A stretch of 64,000 nt of DNA from Phoronis australis (Eukaryota > Animalia > Phoronida). Where the stretch lies: NCBI GenBank assembly GCA_002633005.1, contig NMRA01000102.1, positions 850,345-914,344 on the forward strand. Direction: 5' to 3'. Of the stretch, positions 1 to 12,678 are shown piece after piece. The notes below the pieces were generated by a model. It ran no database searches. It had not been told where the DNA came from and saw only the letters and a list, made by a program, of their open reading frames with translations. The translations under genes and the position numbers were made by a program. Numbering within the stretch: the stretch's first letter is position 1; every line of letters starts with the position of its first letter.

Positions 1-1070
1 ATTTATTTATTTTGCACTGTCCATCATATGGTGAGTGTGTTGTTTTAGGACTGTGAATTTTTGTTTTTACTTTGTTGCCGTGACAATGTTTCGTAATAGC
101 GTTTCGTTTATATTCAAAAAGTATTAATGAATAAAGGCTATTTTCATTTTACTTTTTCAACTTTTCTTTCTGAAAGGATCCATGGTTACAGTTTGTCCCA
201 GATAAACACACAGTTTATCTTCCATGTACCTGGCAAGGGCTACTGTTCACTCTTTTACCGGAAAATTAACAGTAATCATGTGCAGTTCGAACACCTCGCT
301 ACTGTCCGCATTTTCTCGCCGCAAAGAGACGTTTTGCGAGAAACGAAGCGGTCTGAAACAACATAATTTGGAGACTCAATCGCTGAAAATATTTTTCCAG
401 AAATAAAGCTCGTTCTGTTTTACTTTGTAATAATTCAAACCCAAGAAAATTATCTCGGGCGCATTATGGTTTTGGAGCGTTCAGGCCGAGTTTGCACCTG
501 AGCATTAAAACACCAAAATTCCACCTACATGTACAAACTCGGATAAAACTCTAAGATTTCAAATTCAGACTCGAAATTTTAACTTTAATATTGCGGTCAA
601 TAGTTGTGATATAGGATTACACAAGTATACATTTAGACCATAATATACTCAAGTGCAAAATTATAGACAATCATTTTGCGTCCGTATTTTTGACCGGAAA
701 AGGATAAAACTAGATGTCTTCGATTTCGAGTAACACGTTTAAACCACGAGCCGGGGACACCCAGGCAATGGTCTTTGTCCAGAATAAGCATTCGTTAGTG
801 AATGACTATGCAGGAAAATCAAATTGGCTGGACGACTTTTTATAGTGAGAACACGTGTATACTGAATTGTTTATTAAAAAATGTTCAATTGAAACTTACA
901 TGTATTGTGCACAAGCGACAGTGAGTCTACTCATTACCGCCTTGATTACCAAGTATAGTAGCCAGCACAAATCCAACAGGTGCGGGATTTGAGTCAGGTA
1001 GAATTATTAGTCAATCAAATACCAGCTTATTAATAATGTATTAGAAGTCATAATGGGTCGTTTGTTTTAT

Positions 1071-3725
1071 CTATACCGATTCCTCTGGATACGTCAATCG
1101 CAGTCTCGTCTGAAACGCTAAAATCTTTGCAGTTAACTCTGTTTGGAAGTCTTTGCTGTCCTTTCTGCGGCCAGTTCTCTGTACAGGTGGCTCTGCTGTT
1201 GACCGACAATGCTCACGTGGCCACGTTCCAACTTTCACATCAGGTAACCGTGGAGGCACGGGAATCCTTGGCACGGGAGTGGTAAAGTAATCCTCAACGG
1301 ACTCTTCAGTATTCCAAGTGTCCATGCGCAAACCAGTGTTTTGTAATTCTATTACATTGGGAGAATTTACACCCAAATCCAATTGCCGATCATCATGGAT
1401 CGTAGATTCGTTGCTATTTTCACAACCATTGTCTGGTTTGTCGATTGCTTCTTTGCCTTCATCGCAAACACTTTCGTTAATGCGTGTGTCTGTGTTAGGC
1501 TCTCTCGTTGTGGTAGAGGATTGGGTTAGGACGTCCGTGTCTTCGAAGCTGTCGTTTACATAACAGGTATCATTGCCTTTGTACAAAATAAGATCATCGC
1601 CTCTTGGTGCGAGTTTATGGTCTAAACTGCCGTATTCGACTGCTCGAACCTCACTACTGTCAGGTTCCTCCATACTATCAGTTCCTCCATTCTCGAGCTC
1701 ATCCTTACCGTTGGTAAGCATTATGCTAATCGGTGTTAAGTCTGCTTCGTTCCCATTGATACAGATAATTGGTATACCCGAGTTCCGGGGGACAGTAACC
1801 TCAGCTGCAATAGGCTTGCTTTCGTCATCATCAAATTTCAACTCAATTACAGTGACATTGTTCACATCATAACGTACATTACTTAGGTAGTTGGATGCGA
1901 CAAGGTTGTCCTCCGACACCCACGCTTTCGCGTCTTCCTTTACAGTCCCTCTGAATAGTCGCTGCCGCCTCAGCTTTTCGAGTCCAGTCGCTATTTGCCT
2001 GAGGCCTTTACTAAATGACTCTTTAAATGAATGTTGTTTAGCTATTTCTTTATGCCCAAGTTTCGATTCATCAGAGACACCATTTATGCTAGCATGCAAA
2101 TCATTGCCAATCAGCTCTTCACTGGACTCGATAGTTTCAAAGTCTGAATCCGAATGTTCTGTTGACAATAACCGATCAGAAAACCATCGTCTGATTCTCT
2201 TCGGCCTCAAACGCTGAACACGTAGGCTGATGGAATCCAAAGCATTCGCAAATTTATTGCCCTTATTCTCATCAAGTGCCGAAGCATCTCCAACTGATTC
2301 GTGGCTGCTACGCAGAAACTCATTAAAGCGAGCCAAAGCAGGCGATAATGCGTAGGAGCCCACCTTTGCTGCCTCCTGTTCTTTTTTGCTCTTGCCATGG
2401 AGAGGCGAATTTTCGCCGTCCGTCTCCTCTTTGACCTCAGACTTCTTCAAACGTCTAAAGAGCTTCATGGAGGGTAGGGAAACGTGCCGTCTCACTGCGT
2501 TACGTCTCTTCTGTTTCTTCCGCGCGCTCTTTTGCCACCCCCCTGTGACTCCACGTCGTACAGATCCAAAGAAATTTGCAATGCGTTTAACACGTCTACC
2601 TTGAGTTATCCCCTAAAAAATGAAACACAAGTATGACTAGGTTACTTCATTGCGTCCAAGTGCGCGGCTGCATTCTCGTGTTGGCATTTTGATTAGATTA
2701 ACCTCCTTTGAAAATTTCACGCATGACTTTTTGTGAACTGAAGGCAATATAGCTCCTATAATTTTCAATTTAAATCCACAATGTCACGGTGACAAACATG
2801 ACAACACGATAAAATGTGATCCAATAACGTAACAAAACCTCAATTTTACTTGTAAACCAAAAAATAGTCGATAAGATGACGGTGGTGTCACTGAGATTTC
2901 TTTTTGAACAAAAACGATCTGTTGTACACAAACTTTATTCATGCTAGATAGTTTTGTCATGCAAAAATCGATTATAGCAATATGATTGTATCCGTGCAGT
3001 ATCTCGCAGGTGTTACAGATAATCCGCAGATCGGATTAAAACCGTCCTGCAAATTGTTTCTCATCATTGAAATCAGAACGTGCGGCAAAAGTGATATTTA
3101 ATGTCGCTGATCAACTTACCTTCGACATCGTTTTATCTCTGGAATACGTGTGAAACGAAGTAGAATCGTGCGTTTCACCATTTGTAGATAGTACCATCCC
3201 TGTACCACTGAGCGTCACATTTATTACAGTATCGCTTGGCCCTAAACCTTCAGCAGATGACCACTTCCTGTACCTTAATTGTCGAGCGGATGGGGCACCC
3301 TCACTAATTAACTCTTCAGTTTTCCTCACGCCACTGCGATTGACTGCGCGTACAAAGCTGTGTCGAAAGGGCCTCGAACGCCGTGAAGTTGTTAACTCAC
3401 CGTCTTTTCTCCTGGTAGCGCCATCTGGGGATAATTCTGAAGAGGACAGACTATAATTATCTGCGAAGCCTTCGCTTATCACGGCTTTTAGATAATTAAC
3501 GTCCGTCGAGTTTTTCCTGTACACTAAAAGGTCTCTGTCTTCGCTTTGCGTTCGAAGGATTTTTGGCTGGTAGTCGCTTAGCGTGCTCCCGTGCGCGCTG
3601 ATCTTTGACAGAGGGCGATATTCAGTCTGCGGCACGTCATTAATGGTGTAAGGGTCATCATTTATTCGGACGTGAGTGATGTGTCTTCGGCGAGGCAAGT
3701 ACTGGTCCTTCCCATAGCTCGACAT
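1071..3725 (-). CDS. Two-exon gene for an uncharacterised ~715-aa Ser/Arg/Glu-rich, probably disordered protein (exons 3725-3120 and 2612-1071), copy 1
   Basis: ORFs 3111..3761 and 1071..2495 join in frame via a phase-0 intron: donor AAG|gtaagt at 3120, acceptor ttttttag|GGG at 2612 (117 nt upstream of and in frame with the 2495 ORF). Start MSSYGKDQY assumed; further upstream donors (~4209, ~4480) suggest extra 5' exons. No domain recognised. Confidence 0.7.
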
Positions 3726-4032
3726 CGCACTAGTAAACAAAACAAATGATTCTTCCTTCAAACAATTCTTGTGGAACTATCAAAAATGTAAAACACCCTT
3801 AATAGTTTGAATGCTAGTAAACCAAATGCTTTGAAACGACATCGCGATAAAAATTCGACTGGTCTTTCTCTGACTGTATTCATGAACGGGTTAATTCTTA
3901 ATCAAATTCACCGAGAATGTTCCTGAAATTAAACTAAATCAAAGGCAGAAGTTTTCATCGATGGTGGAGTGGAACTATTGGTAAAAAGCAGAGACAGGTT
4001 ATGCGGGACATAATGTACATGTATAACATTAT

Positions 4033-4188
4033 CAGTGCTGTAGTGGGGCGTAGGCGCACGTAGGCGCAGCCAACCACCTTTTGGCTTTTGGACGTAGCGC
4101 ATACGCACCGTAAGTTACGTTCAGTGCTGAAGGGGATACGGTGGGCTTTGGGCGCCTACTTACCTCTAATTTTACCACTACAGCACTG
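4033..4188. mobile_element. hAT-like MITE (156 bp)
   Basis: 14-bp TIR CAGTGCTGTAGTGG / CCACTACAGCACTG; degenerate 8-bp flanks aacattat / gacataat. Confidence 0.7.
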
Positions 4189-5402
4189 GACATAATTCTA
4201 CAACCTTACCTGTTTTGTCAGGTGCTCTTCACTTGAACACGCCTTGTGCTATAATGAGATTAATTCGGAATAACGCAGCATATGTTTCAGTCGTTATAAA
4301 TCGATGTAGGATTAAAAACAGGTTTTAACCTTAAAAAATTCTTCCTCTGCGCTTCAAAAAGTAATTTCCCGTGATCCCTTTGTCTTCAGTTTTTCACAAA
4401 GTTCAATGCAGCATAATATAGGTCACACACTTAAAATTGGATTTGTTTTCTAATGTTCAAATTAATCAGCGAATCTCACCTTCCGAAGATGTTTCCGCGG
4501 TCATTGAGTTTCATACAATCTTGTGAGAATAAATTACTAATAAGTTTTCACGCCATGGCGTCATGAAAATTTGCATTACAAGTGCAATGTGATGTTAAAT
4601 TTGACAAAACCGTACACGGATGGTTCTGAAATTGATATCTAGAATAGAGCCAACGCATTGCACCACTCGCCGCGGTTGGTGTGTCCTTCAGGTGCGCGTG
4701 TACATGTACGTCGCTAACGCTTTCCTCAAAATACGGCTTCGTTGTACTTGAGCAATAACGGTGAAGCCCTATCAGCAGGAGTAAAACGATATTTCCCTTA
4801 CTGTTGTTCAGCTGTCGATGTTGACTTCTCTACGGAAGCGCGTGATCAAAACGTCACAGAGCTCACCCAATCTTATACTGTTTCCGATTTAGCCGGAATT
4901 AGTTCGGAATTTTGGGGATGGCAATCTTGATAATATCAAGATTGCCATCCCCAAAATTCTTCGATAGGGCTGAATCACTCGGTGAGAAGTCGAGGAAATC
5001 GTTGCTCTTCAGTCAGTGTCAGTGGACTTGGATAGGGATGAGTGATTGTCATTTTTTCAAAATTATTCACACTAGCGTAAAATTTTGAATTATTTCGAAC
5101 AAAAATCAGCCACGAACATGTATTTTGTAATCTACAGGACTTCATTTTATTAAATTTCTCCAAAATACACTTTAACTACTTGTTTTACTTGCGGTAACCC
5201 CTCCTGTCACAAGTGGACTGACCCTGTACACATTAGCTGGGAAATTTATTGACCCAGTTGCAGCAACCCAACATGAATATCACTCATTTTTGGCTGAGAT
5301 TACATGATAAGGTCTATATTTTTTCTAATTTTTATTACTTTTATTTGTTTATGTTGTTGTGCATACTAATAAGTCTGAAATGTAGCATTCAACTGCAGGT
5401 TG

Positions 5403-6220
5403 NNNNNNNNNNNNNNNNNNNNNNNNNNNNNNNNNNNNNNNNNNNNNNNNNNNNNNNNNNNNNNNNNNNNNNNNNNNNNNNNNNNNNNNNNNNNNNNNNN
5501 NNNNNNNNNNNNNNNNNNNNNNNNNNNNNNNNNNNNNNNNNNNNNNNNNNNNNNNNNNNNNNNNNNNNNNNNNNNNNNNNNNNNNNNNNNNNNNNNNNNN
5601 NNNNNNNNNNNNNNNNNNNNNNNNNNNNNNNNNNNNNNNNNNNNNNNNNNNNNNNNNNNNNNNNNNNNNNNNNNNNNNNNNNNNNNNNNNNNNNNNNNNN
5701 NNNNNNNNNNNNNNNNNNNNNNNNNNNNNNNNNNNNNNNNNNNNNNNNNNNNNNNNNNNNNNNNNNNNNNNNNNNNNNNNNNNNNNNNNNNNNNNNNNNN
5801 NNNNNNNNNNNNNNNNNNNNNNNNNNNNNNNNNNNNNNNNNNNNNNNNNNNNNNNNNNNNNNNNNNNNNNNNNNNNNNNNNNNNNNNNNNNNNNNNNNNN
5901 NNNNNNNNNNNNNNNNNNNNNNNNNNNNNNNNNNNNNNNNNNNNNNNNNNNNNNNNNNNNNNNNNNNNNNNNNNNNNNNNNNNNNNNNNNNNNNNNNNNN
6001 NNNNNNNNNNNNNNNNNNNNNNNNNNNNNNNNNNNNNNNNNNNNNNNNNNNNNNNNNNNNNNNNNNNNNNNNNNNNNNNNNNNNNNNNNNNNNNNNNNNN
6101 NNNNNNNNNNNNNNNNNNNNNNNNNNNNNNNNNNNNNNNNNNNNNNNNNNNNNNNNNNNNNNNNNNNNNNNNNNNNNNNNNNNNNNNNNNNNNNNNNNNN
6201 NNNNNNNNNNNNNNNNNNNN
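5403..6220. other. Assembly gap (N run)
   Basis: Run of n. Confidence 0.99.
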
Positions 6221-6221
6221 C

Positions 6222-9214
6222 GGAGCCCACCTTTGCTGCCTCCTGTTCTTTTCTGCTCTTGCCATGGAGAGGCGATTTTTCGCCGTCCGTCTCTTCTTTG
6301 ATCTCAGACTTCTTCAAACGTCTAAAGAGCTTCATGGAGGGCAGGGAAACGTGCCGTCTCACTGCGTTACGTCTCTTCTGTTTTTTCCGCGCGCTCTTTT
6401 GCCACCCCCCTATGACTCCACGTCGTACAGATCCAAAGAAATTTGCAATGCGTTTAACACGTCTACCTTGAGTTATCCCCTAGAAAATGAAACACAAGTA
6501 CGACTTGGTTACTTCATCGCGTCCAAGTGCGCGGCTGCTTTCTTGTCGTGGCATTTTGATTAGATTAAAGGAGCATGCCACCCCAAAAAACAACCTAGTT
6601 TTTATCAATTTAGATCGAGTAGTTCTACTCCATAACGACACGTACGGTTGCGTTACCTGACACCTAACGGAAGACGGAGGCGTTGAAATTATCCAATGAC
6701 GTCATCGGTTTCACACGCAGTCTGTTCAGCACCTCACAACACGGGTTACTGGTGTCAGCTTATCGCTTGAAGTCATCGTTTAATACCAATAAATCATCAA
6801 ACTTCGATGTAAAACCATTAAAAATACACCAAGTTCTCATAAAAACGTGTTGTTTTATTTCGCTCTTACAGATTTATTGGTATTTGGACACACCATAGAC
6901 CAAAGTTCGGCAGGCCAACAAGGTCCGTAGCAGGAGTTTGGGGTCTGTTCGGAGATAATTTCGAAGTATTTTCCGTGAGATACAGTGTTGTTTAAACTTG
7001 TTATTTTTTAGGTTCTAAACACAAAACAGTGGTTCGGAGCCCGATCAGGCCCGTTACGGCTGGCCGGATTGACTCGTTATCCCGGCCAGTGGCTCGGAAA
7101 CTGATCAGACATCACGAACATAAACCAGCCAAAGTTCAGTGGAAACTAATTTTCCAGTCAAGAAAATACTATACCAGTGAGCCAAAGTAGTGTGCACCTG
7201 ATTATGTTGGTGAATTAGCCACGAAACTGCAAACCTACTTACTCGTCGGGGGCCGCGTATTCAGGTTCCTCTTTAGCCACAGCACCGTCAGGGCAGAAGT
7301 TGTACATTGACAATCATTATTTGAATAATGAAAATGTAAAAAAAGATTCCCCTATAACCTGGCCGTGGGAAGGAAATCTAGTTGTTTCACAACAGTTTCT
7401 GTCAGCGAACACTTAATTAGCATGAGCTCGCACGGCCTCGGTGTCCCGTCAATTAATTTTATTGCACATAAAGCCGGTAACGCAGTGATTCATTCATTGC
7501 AGGCTTCTCAAATCATTTGCTCTCACGAACACTCCAAAGACCCTTACAAATTGCATCTAATGAGACAGACTTTGTTCCAGTTTCATATAAGTATTGGTTA
7601 GGGTGAAAATAATTCATTTTGAAACAGAATGCTCAGTAATAAAACGCCAACATGGCAACTCGCAATCCCGACTTAGGACGAGCTAGAGCTCACCAGTCCC
7701 GACTTGGCAGGTGGATCGTTAAATTTTACAGGCTATCAATTCGAACAGGAATACAGTAATGAAGAAATACTAGAGAGGCACCGTGAACAAGCTCAGACAA
7801 CGGAACGTATGGAGTTATTTGGCCGGTAAGCCGGCATTCGTCAGGCACTGTCGACGTCTGCAGGCCACTGCACAGTCACGGACATGTTTCACGGCCTCAT
7901 ACTTGCTATTTACAGCGTACATTTCATTCTTCACTACCACGATCCACTTCCTAAGCATTTCGGACTCTCGAGGAAGTAAAAAATCGATATACACGCTTTC
8001 CTCGCAGCTGCTTAGTTCGGACAAGCTGGAACGATGCGCAGCAACATCGCGGCATTCACTCTGCATATGAACCACTGACGTCGCTAGCGTCGTTTCTCAC
8101 CTTCCTCACACGTTAACGCGACACCTCTTGGCAAGGTAAGGTCGACCGTATGCGAGGCGATGTGGATATAGACCGATTAAGACGGCAAAAAGACTAATAA
8201 ATCGGGTGGCATTCTCCTTTAACCTCCTTTGAAAATCTCACGCATGACTTTTTGTGAACTGAAGGCAATGTAGCTCCTATAATTTCCACGACAACACGAT
8301 AAAATGTTATCCATTAACGTAACAAAGCCTCAGTTTTACTTGTAAACCAAAAAATAGTCAATAAGATGATGGTGGTGTCACTGAGATTTCTTTTTGAACA
8401 AAAACGATTTATTGTACACAAACTTTATCCATGGTAGATATTTTTGTCATGCAAAATCGATTATAACAATATGATTGTATTCGTGCAGTATCTCGCAGGT
8501 GTTACAGATAATCCGCAGATCGGATTAAAACCGTCCTGCAAATTGTTTCTCATCATTGAAATCAGAACGTGCAGCAAAAGTGATATTTAATGTCGCTGAT
8601 CAACTTACCTTCGACATCGTTTTATCTCTGGAATACGTGTGAAACGAAGTAGAATCGTGCGTTTCACCATTTGTTGATAGTACCATCCCTGTTCCACTGA
8701 GCGTCACATTTATTACAGTATCGCTTGGCCCTAAACCTTCAGCAGATGACCACTTCCTGTACCTTAATTGTCGAGCGGATGGGGCACCCTCAATAATTAA
8801 CTCTTCAGTTTTCCTTACGCCACTGCGATTGACAGCGCGTACAAAGCTGTGTCGAAAGGGCCTCGAACGCCGTGGAGTTGTTAACTCACCGTCTTTTCTC
8901 CTGGTAGCGCCATCTGGGGATAATTCTGAAGCGGACAGACTATCATTACCTGCGAAGCCTTCGCTTATCACGGCTTTTAGATAATTAACGTCCGTCGAGT
9001 TTTTCCTGTACACTAAAAGGTCTCTGTCTTCGCTTTGCGTTCGAAGTATTTTTGGCTGGTAGTCGCTTAGCGTGCTCCCGTGCGCGCTGATCTTAGACAG
9101 AGGGCGATATTCAGTCTGTGGCACGTCATTAATGGTGTAAGGGTCATCATTTATTCGGACGTGAGTGATGTGTCTGCGGCGAGGCAAGTACTGGTCCTTC
9201 CCATAGCTCGACAT
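6222..9214 (-). CDS. Copy 2 of the same two-exon gene (exons 9214-8609 and 6479 into the N gap); intron carries a Kolobok insertion
   Basis: ORF 8600..9250 is near-identical to 3111..3761 with the same splice sites; second exon runs into the gap at 6220. Confidence 0.65.
7652..7829 (+). pseudogene. KolX N-terminal relic in Kolobok element
   Basis: MATRNPDL/frameshift/DELELTSPDLAGGSLNFTGYQFEQEYSNEEILERHREQ; GYQFEQEY (7731-7754) matches GYMFEPEY of the KolX relic at 28.7 kb. Confidence 0.6.
7865..8055 (-). pseudogene. THAP-domain (Kolobok transposase N-terminus) relic
   Basis: With frameshifts reads MPRCC-IVPACPN*AAARKACISIF-PRESEMLRKWIVVVKNEMYAVNSKYEAVKHVRDC, aligning by eye with MPHSCCVPGCTNY...FPIDDKLRRTWLVRVKNAALPVHATYKAVENYRVC at 27433. 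Confidence 0.7.
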
Positions 9215-9514
9215 CGCACTAGTAAACAAAACAAATGATTTTTCCTTCAAACAATTCTTGTGGAACTATCAAAAATGTAAAACACCCTTAATAGTTTGAA
9301 TTCTAGTAAAGCAAATGCTTTGAAACGACATCGCGATAAAAATTCGACTGGTCTTTCTCTGACTGTATTCATGAACGGGTTAATTCTTATAAAATTCACC
9401 GAGAATGTTCCTGAAATTAAACTGAATCAAACGCAGAAGTTTTCATCGATGGTGGAGTGGAATTATTGGTAAAACGCAGAGACAGGTTATGCGGGACATA
9501 ATGTATAACATTAT

Positions 9515-9670
9515 CAGTGCTGTAGTGGGGAGTAGGCGCACGTAGGCGCAGCCAACCACCTTTTGGCTTTTGGACGTAGCGCCTACGCACCGTAAGTTAC
9601 GTTCAGTGCTGAAGGGGATACGGTGGGCTTTGGGCGCCTACTTACCTCTAATTTTACCACTACAGCACTG
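9515..9670. mobile_element. hAT-like MITE, duplicate of 4033-4188
   Basis: Same TIRs and interior, within duplication copy 2. Confidence 0.7.
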
Positions 9671-12600
9671 GACATAATTCTACAATCTTACCTGTTTTGT
9701 CAGGCGCTCTTCACTTGAACACGCCTTGTGCTATAATGAGATTAATTCGGAATAACGCGGCATATGTTTCAGTCGTTATGAATCGATGTAGGATTAAAAA
9801 CAGGTTTTAACCTTAAAAAAATCTTCCTCTGCGCTTCAAAAAGTAATTTCCCGTGATCCCTTTGTCGTCAGTTTTTCACAAAGTTCAATGCAGCATAATA
9901 TAGGTCACACACTTAAAATTGGATTTGTGTTCTAATGTTCAAATTAATTCAGCGAATCTCACCTTCCGAAGATGTTTCCGCGGTCAATGAGTTTCATACA
10001 ATATTGTGAGAAAAAATTACTAATAAGTTTTCACGCCATGACGTCATGAAAATTTGCATTACAAGTGCAATGTGATGTTAAATTTGACAAAACCGTATAC
10101 TGATGGTTCTGAAAATGATATCTAGAATAGAGCCAACGCATTGCACCACTCGCCGCGGTTGGTGTGTCTTTCAGGTGCGCGTGTACATGTACATTTACGT
10201 CGTCCTCAAAATACGGCTTCGTTGTCAGAAAGAACAGTTCACGCTCACTACTGCTTTATACGATTGGCAATTTGAAAAAATGGGTAATGAAAGGATTTGT
10301 TTTACTGTTCTGGCCCGTTTTTTGTGTTCTCAAAGATGACCAAAAGAGGGCACTTTTGTTGCATTCCAAGTTGAAAAATTCCGCCACCTGCATGGATCTG
10401 GACAAGTTATTTCCGTCCACAGCTCCTTGTGCATGCATTTCGGAATCCTGCTGCCTTGGACGCTCAATTATCAAATACATGTGCAATATGTTCTTGTTCA
10501 CTGATCCCTGTAGAGCAGGGACTTTGTTGTACAAGTACTTGAGCATTAACGGTGAAGCCCTATCAGCAGGAGTAAAACGATATTTCCCTTACTGTTGTTC
10601 AGCAGTCGATGTTGACTTCTTTTCGGAAGCGCTTGATGAAAACGTCACCGAGCTCACCCAATCTTATACTTTTTCCGATTTAGCCGGAATTAGTTCGGAA
10701 TTTTGGGGATGGCAATCTTGATATGCGATGCAGAGTTGTTTTGAGTCACTAATGGTGTCGGTGTTGTTGTTGGCAACGGATGAAGGTTCTATAACGTTGA
10801 CGTCGGGACTGAGACCAATTCTATGATAATAAAGAATAATTTGATTTTTGTGTTACGCCAGATAAATAAAGCGAAATTCAGCATTAATTCTCAGATTCCA
10901 TGAAAATGTCTTATGTAACAGACTGATGAAAATGGCTCGTCTGTCTATGGATTAAGACAATTTTGGTTAATAGACTGCACGGAAATAACATGAATAGAAG
11001 GTAACAAAGCAGTTTCAAAACAGATTGCGATATTAGATTGGCTGCGTTTTATCAGTGAAATGATATAAATCATCTATTGCCGGGAGCACGAGTTACTATA
11101 GAAACAGAGTGAAACACTCGCGACGACCACTCGGTAACCAATGCCTAGCGGCTCAAAGGTTAATAACACGGATGTACTAAACTTACTATTGTAGTTACGG
11201 ACGTGAATCTAAAACAAATATTTAAGCGGATGCTAGCCACCAACATTACAATACAGACTATACAACGTTTGTTCGTGGTCATTGTTCGAAAATATGGTGC
11301 ACTGCTTGTGTCAGCCATTAAGTTGACTAATACACACTTTTTGGCCGAATTTACCGCTCTTTTTATAAGTGTATGGGAAATGTTAAGCGAAATATATAGA
11401 AAGTATATTTGCAAGACTCGCTGTCAGCCTTAGCCTCTTCATCTGGATTTCATCATCAGCAAACAAAAGGTGAAATTAAAAATCAAATTAAATAAAAAAG
11501 TTGTTTCTACAGATTCTGCAACAACCCACTAAATGATATGGGAAGGAGAAGGTAAGTGGTTCTCTAGAAATTTGAAAATTAACGAAACACCTGTGTATTT
11601 CAGAGTAAACTATCTGCGTACGTACATGTATTTTTTCTCCCAAAGCGTGCCTAGTAACTTGGACTACCTTGTGAATAATTCAAAAGTGACAGCACATCTA
11701 ATATTGAAAATTCTCCGGGAACTGAAAACAATGAAGTGTAAAGTCAACAATAGGACTTAGTGTGGTATTACTGTACTACAAAAAGTCAATGCCAATCTGC
11801 TTCCCTGTGTATTATAACGTGACGTCAGTAACACGCTACATCATTTTCAGCGAATTATAAAACTCGATCGATAGCGAATTGATTTCACGGCACGTTCAAT
11901 TGTTTTTGTCTTCGCCTTCCTCTGCTAGCGTTATTGACCATTTGTTCAGAATTTACTTTCGTCTCATAGATATCTGTGTGTCCGAGTAGCTAACTGTGTA
12001 CCAGGCAAATAGATGCACTTCCACGGACGTTGATGTCTTCGAACGATGACATTTAAACAGGAAGAAAATCGAATCGTCGCAGATAGACATTGAGTGGTTT
12101 GTGAGGAAAAGTCTTCAGGGAAATGGATTTTTGAGTGGACTCTAATCAAGGTAAGTCATTGTGTGTTCAACCTATTCTGAGGGACCGGCAAGGAGCTCTT
12201 GGACAACCCAGCCGTGGAGCACTTAGCCTGGTGATTTTCTCAAAGCACACTTGAGCCAAAGTTAGATACATGTAGGGTATACGTGTTCCTGTCCCTATAC
12301 AATAGACAACAAACACTTCATCGACGGGAACCCTCATTGCTGTCACCGCCAGATTTTTCTGCAGACCAGTTGTTGGCTAATAATACTTGCAAAAATGTGC
12401 TCACAATGCAAATGTAACAGTTTCGGGGATTAATACGCTGTACAAGAGTTGTTTGCTCAAAATTGTCAGTAAAGTAGTACACACGAAAGCACCTTTTGAT
12501 GAGATGAATGTGTCCTCGTACACAAACCAGAACCATATTAATTAAATGAAATTGTGTAAACCGGCCTGGATGAAGTATAAGCCTCCGCCAAAATCTAACG

Positions 12601-12678
12601 CAGATCAGTTATTTCGTCGACTTCATGTACCTTCGATAAGACTTAAAACGTTTAGATTGCATATTAACCTTTCACATA

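Larger units (their letters stand above)
6569..8218. mobile_element. Non-autonomous Kolobok DNA transposon (1650 bp)
   Basis: TTAA TSD (6565-6568 and 8219-8222); 15-bp TIR AGGAGCATGCCACCC / GGGTGGCATTCTCCT; empty site gattagaTTAAcctcc in copy 1 (~2698); contains THAP and KolX relics. Confidence 0.9.
2355..10723. repeat. Near-identical direct duplication: 2355-4932 vs 6222-10723, across an N gap
   Basis: Collinear sequence with scattered SNPs; copy 2 has an extra 1650-bp element (6569-8218) and an extra ~310 bp (~10225-10535). Confidence 0.9.

Noticed and set aside
1318-2604. Plus-strand ORFs antisense to long genes (also 52289-56919 and 23411-24122)
   Set aside because: Shadow ORFs of the real opposite-strand CDS.
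5249-6563. Long ORFs containing X runs (also 44388-45277)
   Set aside because: Artefacts of translating N gaps.
10680-10822. Possible terminal minus-strand exon (IGLSPDVNVIEP..RTNSG*)
   Set aside because: Plausible acceptor but no partner exon could be linked.
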